From an uncultured Nitrososphaerota archaeon (GTDB lineage: Archaea > Asgardarchaeota > Njordarchaeia > Njordarchaeales > Njordarchaeaceae), in assembly GCA_964518475.1 (NCBI GenBank), contig CAZFGR010000026.1:1-22098 (forward strand): DNA of 22,098 bases, in the 5' to 3' direction. Positions within the stretch are counted from its first letter, which is position 1. Every line of letters begins with the position of its first letter. A program made the translations under genes and the position numbers. Shown piece after piece: positions 17,655 to 22,098 of this stretch. The notes below the pieces were generated by a model that did not search any database, was not told the DNA's origin, and worked only from the letters and a program-made list of their open reading frames with translations.

Positions 17655-18221
17655 ATGACTGCTAATTTAATACCAGTAAAAACGGTTGATGGGAAGAGAT
17701 TATACACAATTAAAATCCCTATAATGGGAGCAGCTTTTGTGGGTAAAACATCCATAGCTAATAGACTTTCTGGCGGTGGGTACGTAAGCGATTATAGGAT
17801 GACGATTGGCGTAGATATTTTCATGAGGTATATTGAGAGAGATGATAGTATCTATCGTATACAGCTTTGGGATATTGCGGGGCAAAGACGGTTCTCATTT
17901 CTGCGGAAAATTTTCTATAAAGGCGCGCATGCTGGTATCTTCGTCTTTGATTTAACTAGAAGAGAGACCTTTGAAATTCTTAACCACTGGATAGCCGACT
18001 TTCTTAGTTTTCACCCACGGACACCAATTATAATTCTCGGAAATAAGAAGGATTTGGAAGAGAAAAGAGCTGTAAGCCAAGCTGATGGAATTAATTTAGC
18101 GAAGAAATTCTCAACAGTATACATCGAAACTTCCGCTCTAACTGGAGAAAACATAGAAAGAGCATTTAAACTCATAATAAAAAGACTCTTTACGAGCAAA
18201 TTTTCCGTAGTCAGCCTCTAG
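17655..18221 (+). CDS. Rab-like small GTPase (Ras superfamily)
   Basis: G1 GAAFVGKT, G2 MTIGVD, G3 WDIAGQ, G4 NKKD, G5 ETSAL; RabF-like segments IGVDI, IQLW, RFSFL, FYKGA, FVFDLT; no C-terminal Cys. Confidence 0.95.
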   Translation: MTANLIPVKTVDGKRLYTIKIPIMGAAFVGKTSIANRLSGGGYVSDYRMTIGVDIFMRYIERDDSIYRIQLWDIAGQRRFSFLRKIFYKGAHAGIFVFDLTRRETFEILNHWIADFLSFHPRTPIIILGNKKDLEEKRAVSQADGINLAKKFSTVYIETSALTGENIERAFKLIIKRLFTSKFSVVSL

Positions 18222-18273
18222 TATTTACCAGTTTTACATAAAACGGCCTAAAATTTTCCCCACAAAAAATATA

Positions 18274-18321
18274 CAAAAAGTGAAGAGTTCTTAGGGATTT
18301 TATCATCTAAATCACTTTTTG
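18274..18321. terminator. Inverted repeat between convergent genes, possible bidirectional terminator
   Basis: CAAAAAGTGA (18274-18283) / TCACTTTTTG (18312-18321), 10-bp perfect; T tracts on both strands. Confidence 0.4.
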
Positions 18322-18330
18322 GCATTTCTA

Positions 18331-19494
18331 TCAACCGCTGGTAAATATAGTCTTTATTGTCTCGGTTATTTCTGGGAGATATTCCCTAGTTATCTCTAGG
18401 ATAAATAGTAAAGTCAGTATGGTGAATAGTTCGTATTTGTAGAAGTAGATCGTTTCAATCAGATTTAACTTTGGTGAATAGTTTATTGGTAGTTCTATTG
18501 GGTAGGAATAGATTTCTTCTGGATAGAATCTAGGAGAGAACGCGTATCCGCTCTCTGAGATCGTTACATTTATTACCTCGCTGAAATGGAAAGGGGTTTC
18601 TAAAGTGAATTTTTCTCCCTCCGATGCTATTGCTTCTATGCTCCAATTGCTGTAGAGTATTGCTAATGTTTCTGGGATTCGGTTTGTTTGTTTGGCATAA
18701 AGTAGGTGATAGGCTTTAATGTAGTAATCTTGGGAATAGCCGATAGAAACAACTGTTTTAATGGGTTCTCTATCTACGTATGGTTTGATAATGAAACTGA
18801 ACTGGAGACCCTCAGCAACTATTTTATTGAAATCTGTTGAGAAATAAATAACTCCTACGCCGGCTCCTAAGAAAAGTGAGTAGTGAGTTTCATTCACAAC
18901 AACTCCAGCTATACCGATCAATTCTACCAAAAATATCCCGTATCCGAGAACCTTATTCTTGATTAGAACGGCTGGCCAAGCGTAATAGTCTAGATACTTT
19001 ACCTCTCCGTTATTTATAATCTCCCTTTCGTCTGATAATAAATTTGGAACTATATCTTTCTTTACACTTTCCCAAACAGATGCATGGTTTACAGGGTAAG
19101 TTTTAGTAGAGTAGTATGGGGTAACTAGGATAAAGGATAAGATCATCATCCCTATAATTAAGAGACCAATACTCTTATCTGGATTAATTTTCCAGATAGT
19201 ATATGTTACGAGAGGAAAGACAAAGAGAAGATAGAAAATGTAGAGACCAATTCTATATAGCAGAGTAACATCTGATAAGCCTTCTGAAATCCCAATCAAT
19301 AGTATACAAGATAAAGTAAGTGAGGCAATAGAAACTGATATCAAAAATAATCTCTTATCCTTTTCACTGCGTCCTCTTAGATACTTCATTAAGCCTATTA
19401 AAATACTGAAGATAATCACGAAAAGAGGATAGAGAGATAATAAGCAGGAGAATGTAAACAGTAAAGTAAGAAATAAAACGAGCAGGAAAATCAT
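18331..19494 (-). CDS. Hypothetical membrane protein (about 4-5 N-terminal TM helices, extracytoplasmic beta-rich domain, C-terminal TM)
   Basis: Long ORF with an AGGTGA SD upstream; hydropathy pattern judged by eye; no family recognised. Confidence 0.75.
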   Translation of the reverse strand: MIFLLVLFLTLLFTFSCLLSLYPLFVIIFSILIGLMKYLRGRSEKDKRLFLISVSIASLTLSCILLIGISEGLSDVTLLYRIGLYIFYLLFVFPLVTYTIWKINPDKSIGLLIIGMMILSFILVTPYYSTKTYPVNHASVWESVKKDIVPNLLSDEREIINNGEVKYLDYYAWPAVLIKNKVLGYGIFLVELIGIAGVVVNETHYSLFLGAGVGVIYFSTDFNKIVAEGLQFSFIIKPYVDREPIKTVVSIGYSQDYYIKAYHLLYAKQTNRIPETLAILYSNWSIEAIASEGEKFTLETPFHFSEVINVTISESGYAFSPRFYPEEIYSYPIELPINYSPKLNLIETIYFYKYELFTILTLLFILEITREYLPEITETIKTIFTSG

Positions 19495-19708
19495 TTTTAA
19501 GTCACCTTTTTAAGTAATTTCTGATTTATCAAGCTTTAAATATCAATTACTATTCATCCAGTAATAAGAAACGACGATTATATAAAGGTAACGTTGCATG
19601 AAAGAAATAAAGGAACACGATTAATAACTATATTATTACCTTATTTACATGGACTTAAAATTGACTCTCTAGGGGACTACTCTGTGATACTAACGATGAA
19701 TAAATGGA

Positions 19709-19864
19709 GTGGCAGTCTTAATACTGCTTCTCCTACTAGTTATTACTGCAATAGTAAGCCTCAAATTTTTGCTTTATACTCTAATGATCTTTGATTCCCC
19801 GACGCTCCTTTTGTTCTACATATATGAGCTCACGCAGGTCAGCGCGGTTTTGATCATTTTTTAG
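19709..19864 (+). CDS. Possible 51-aa hydrophobic peptide or remnant of a membrane-protein gene
   Basis: GTG...TAG frame: MAVLILLLLLVITAIVSLKFLLYTLMIFDSPTLLLFYIYELTQVSAVLIIF; shorter than any ORF in the track; no convincing SD. Confidence 0.3.
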   Translation: MAVLILLLLLVITAIVSLKFLLYTLMIFDSPTLLLFYIYELTQVSAVLIIF

Positions 19865-20090
19865 TATATCCGAGAATAGCACAGAGATATGCGAAGTAGA
19901 AAGAGACCCAAAACATAAAGCATGGACTAATATCTTTCCAATATCTCTTGACTCGTTAGGTTTCTCGGGGGGTCTGTCCGCCTAGATATTCATTATGCTG
20001 AGTCATAAGGATCAAATCGGAATCGAAAAAAGCGGGCAATCTTCGGGAGAATAAATTGAAAATTATTTTGGGGATGTAAACTTTGTTAAG

Positions 20091-20145
20091 AAATGATGAT
20101 AAGACGGACCCCTGAGTTAGTGATGAAGGCCGCGTGCATCTGACT
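20091..20145 (+). ncRNA. Box C/D 2'-O-methylation guide sRNA
   Basis: Box C ATGATGA 20093-20099; D' guide TAAGACGGACCC; D' CTGA 20112-20115; C' GTGATGA 20120-20126; D guide AGGCCGCGTGCAT; D CTGA 20140-20143. All four boxes are perfect. Confidence 0.93.
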
Positions 20146-20148
20146 ATT

Positions 20149-20667
20149 CTATTCTTCTTCTGATGACTCATAATAGGTTTCGATCTTCTCTAATTCACTC
20201 ATGAGAGTATATATGTTCTCATAGATTTTCTCTGAGAAGAAGTCCCGCAATTCTTGAATGGCTTCATTTATCTTTTCGAGATAGATCTTCTTAGTATCGT
20301 TTAAGGAATCATTATTAAGTGTCGCAAACATTTTCTTTAGAAGACCCGAAAAGTCTCTTATCATCTCTTTTAATTTCTCAAGTTTCTTTTTTGCACTTTT
20401 GAGCTCCTGAAATGCTTTCTGACCTTCCTTAGAGAAACCAACGGTTTCTCCAGCAATCGAGGATAATCCTATCAGAAACTCCTCATATTTCTCTATTAGA
20501 TTGGTTATGGAGTCTATTATTGCCTCAGCCTCCTCCCTAGTAATGTCCTCTGTAAATTCTGGCACGTTGTCCTCAAAATCTAACTCTAAGTCTTCCGCGT
20601 TTTTTAAAATTTCTTCGAATTCGCTTTTTATTCGCCGAGAAAGCTCGTCAAAGATTTTCTTGCTCAT
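20149..20667 (-). CDS. Hypothetical acidic all-helical/coiled-coil protein
   Basis: E/K-rich heptad-like sequence; its start overlaps the last 20 nt of the upstream Mak16-like gene. Confidence 0.8.
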   Translation of the reverse strand: MSKKIFDELSRRIKSEFEEILKNAEDLELDFEDNVPEFTEDITREEAEAIIDSITNLIEKYEEFLIGLSSIAGETVGFSKEGQKAFQELKSAKKKLEKLKEMIRDFSGLLKKMFATLNNDSLNDTKKIYLEKINEAIQELRDFFSEKIYENIYTLMSELEKIETYYESSEEE

Positions 20668-21130
20668 TTTCTATGCCCTCTTCTTCGTAGAACTCCTCCT
20701 CTGCCCCCTCCTCTTCTTCATTCTCTTCCAAGATTGGTATTTCTTTTCCACGTTCTTTGAGGAATCGATAACGCTCATAGATTCTGTGAATTCTCTCTTT
20801 AAGGGCTTGCATGTTTTTACTGGATACTCCTTCCGCTTCCTTTTCGATGACTTTAAGAACTTCTTCCTCATTATCTAGAGTGATTTTTAAAGGCACGCGT
20901 CTCCATTCCCCAGCCACTTTCTCTTTGCTTAAACGTTTTACTAGCAGCACTATGCCTTCTTCCTGAAAAACAACATTAGCAAAATTTTCTTGGACTATCG
21001 GGCATAAATCAAGATCACAGACCCTGAAAGAGAAGGGGTGTCTACACTCTATCTTCCTAGGCGTTGGATATCTATAAGCACAGAATGCTGTTGAATAGAG
21101 AATTCTCTTGTACAGCGGCAATGTTGACAT
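20648..21130 (-). CDS. mak16: Mak16 / ribosomal L28e-family protein
   Basis: FCAYR...ECR....VCDLDLCPI....FANV......L.VK....WRRVPL aligns by eye with eukaryotic Mak16 (FC.HR...FCRN....LC....CPL....YATV......LYMK....WERIKL, recalled). Acidic C-terminal tail; GAGGGTGA SD. Confidence 0.85.
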   Translation of the reverse strand: MSTLPLYKRILYSTAFCAYRYPTPRKIECRHPFSFRVCDLDLCPIVQENFANVVFQEEGIVLLVKRLSKEKVAGEWRRVPLKITLDNEEEVLKVIEKEAEGVSSKNMQALKERIHRIYERYRFLKERGKEIPILEENEEEEGAEEEFYEEEGIENEQENL

Positions 21131-21272
21131 TGCTCACCCTCCTCCAGAATACAATATCCTTGAATTCCATGTTCTGTATGTTATAAAAAAGTAACCTATG
21201 GCGCGAAGGAATATGTTCTAGCAACGAATCTCTTTAGTAATCAATAATCACGTCTCCGGTATTGCAAAAATA

Positions 21273-21294
21273 CTAGTTATACTCTAGTTATACT
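21273..21294. repeat. 11-bp tandem duplication in a divergent intergenic region
   Basis: CTAGTTATACT x2 (21273-21283, 21284-21294). Confidence 0.75.
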
Positions 21295-21376
21295 AATTAA
21301 AGATAATAACTTATATTCAAAATAGTTTTTCTGATATCCAAAACCTAAAACTACCCCCTAGCCAAAGTTGATAAAA

Positions 21377-21883
21377 ATGTCCCTGGAAGAAGTCGAAAAA
21401 GAATTAAAAGAGGTAGAAGTTATTCCAGAGACAAAATTAGGTCTAGGTACTCTTATTTGCCTCATCCTATACGTCTTATTCTCCGTAGCTATTCATGCTC
21501 TAATAGATAGTATTGGAGAACTAACTAATTTCTCGGTGCTCATTTCGCTATTAGAAGGAATTCCGGTAAGAGGACTAGATATAGCGCAGAAAACACTGAA
21601 CGGGAATTACTACCAAGCAGTTCTCCTCCTACTACCCATAGTCATAGCGGGCTTAATAGGTGGAGCAGTAGCGAAGAGCGGGGAAAAGGGTGCTCTCGCG
21701 GGACTAATCGCATGGATCATTCTTTTCATAGCGGGACTAGGAATAGTAATCAGTAGCCAGGGCTTCGTATTATCAATCCTAGAAAACTACCTAGATAGAA
21801 CACTATTCCTGGATGTAGCCTTATTATCCATACTAGGAGCAATAGGAGGCACCATAAGAGAAGAGAAAATAGAAGTAGAATAA
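21377..21883 (+). CDS. Hypothetical membrane protein, about 4 TM helices, glycine-zipper-rich
   Basis: IAGLIGGAVA...GALAGLIA and LGAIGG small-residue helices; ATG 21377 preferred over TTG 21368. Confidence 0.8.
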   Translation: MSLEEVEKELKEVEVIPETKLGLGTLICLILYVLFSVAIHALIDSIGELTNFSVLISLLEGIPVRGLDIAQKTLNGNYYQAVLLLLPIVIAGLIGGAVAKSGEKGALAGLIAWIILFIAGLGIVISSQGFVLSILENYLDRTLFLDVALLSILGAIGGTIREEKIEVE

Positions 21884-22098
21884 CATAGAAATAAACAAAG
21901 ACTCACCTAAAGACAGAAAATCCTACCCCATTTCCCAGGAACTAATAACACTCCCAAATCATCCCAAGAAGACACGACAAACAACGCGAAAAACCCTTAA
22001 ACCACAACCACTATCAATCAATTAGGCATAAAAATAATTCTCACATATTTTAAGCGAATAAGAAAAAACTCAGTATCATAAACATCCTAAAGAGAAAT

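Noticed and set aside
19594-19794. 66-aa plus-strand ORF
   Set aside because: TTG start, no SD, no protein-like features; overlaps the alternative hydrophobic frame.
19956-20171. 71-aa minus-strand ORF downstream of the helical protein
   Set aside because: Antisense to a perfect C/D sRNA and has atypical composition; probably spurious, though it is positioned like an operon continuation.
708-20878. Numerous short antisense or alternate-frame ORFs in the track (e.g. 708-989, 4529-4843, 7275-7685, 9721-10080, 20501-20878, 20671-20871)
   Set aside because: Nested in or largely overlapping well-supported genes; shadow ORFs caused by codon bias.

Overview
AT-rich, gene-dense archaeal chromosome segment, mostly housekeeping. 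It carries a thermosome, FEN1, PurB, ThiL, NAPRTase, an AK6/Fap7-type kinase, an Fcf1/Utp24-like PIN protein, a SepF-like protein, a tRNA splicing endonuclease subunit, a THUMP protein and tRNA-Ser(CGA). Two eukaryote-signature genes are present: a Rab-like small GTPase and a Mak16/L28e-family protein with all four N-terminal cysteines. Together with K/E-rich proteins, these suggest a thermophilic Asgard-type or Njordarchaeales-like lineage (inference). Features missing from the ORF track include a frameshifted IS5-family transposase at the left edge, a ~103-bp MITE sharing that element's terminus upstream of the thermosome, and two canonical box C/D guide sRNAs. The best candidates for new biology are three: a Mak16 homolog coupled to an unknown helical protein and abutting a C/D sRNA; an NAD-kinase-fold/winged-helix fusion with a broken GGDG motif next to pncB; and an orphan HerA/FtsK-type ATPase with a linker-tethered winged-helix-like tail. 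All calls come from manual motif reading; no searches were run.
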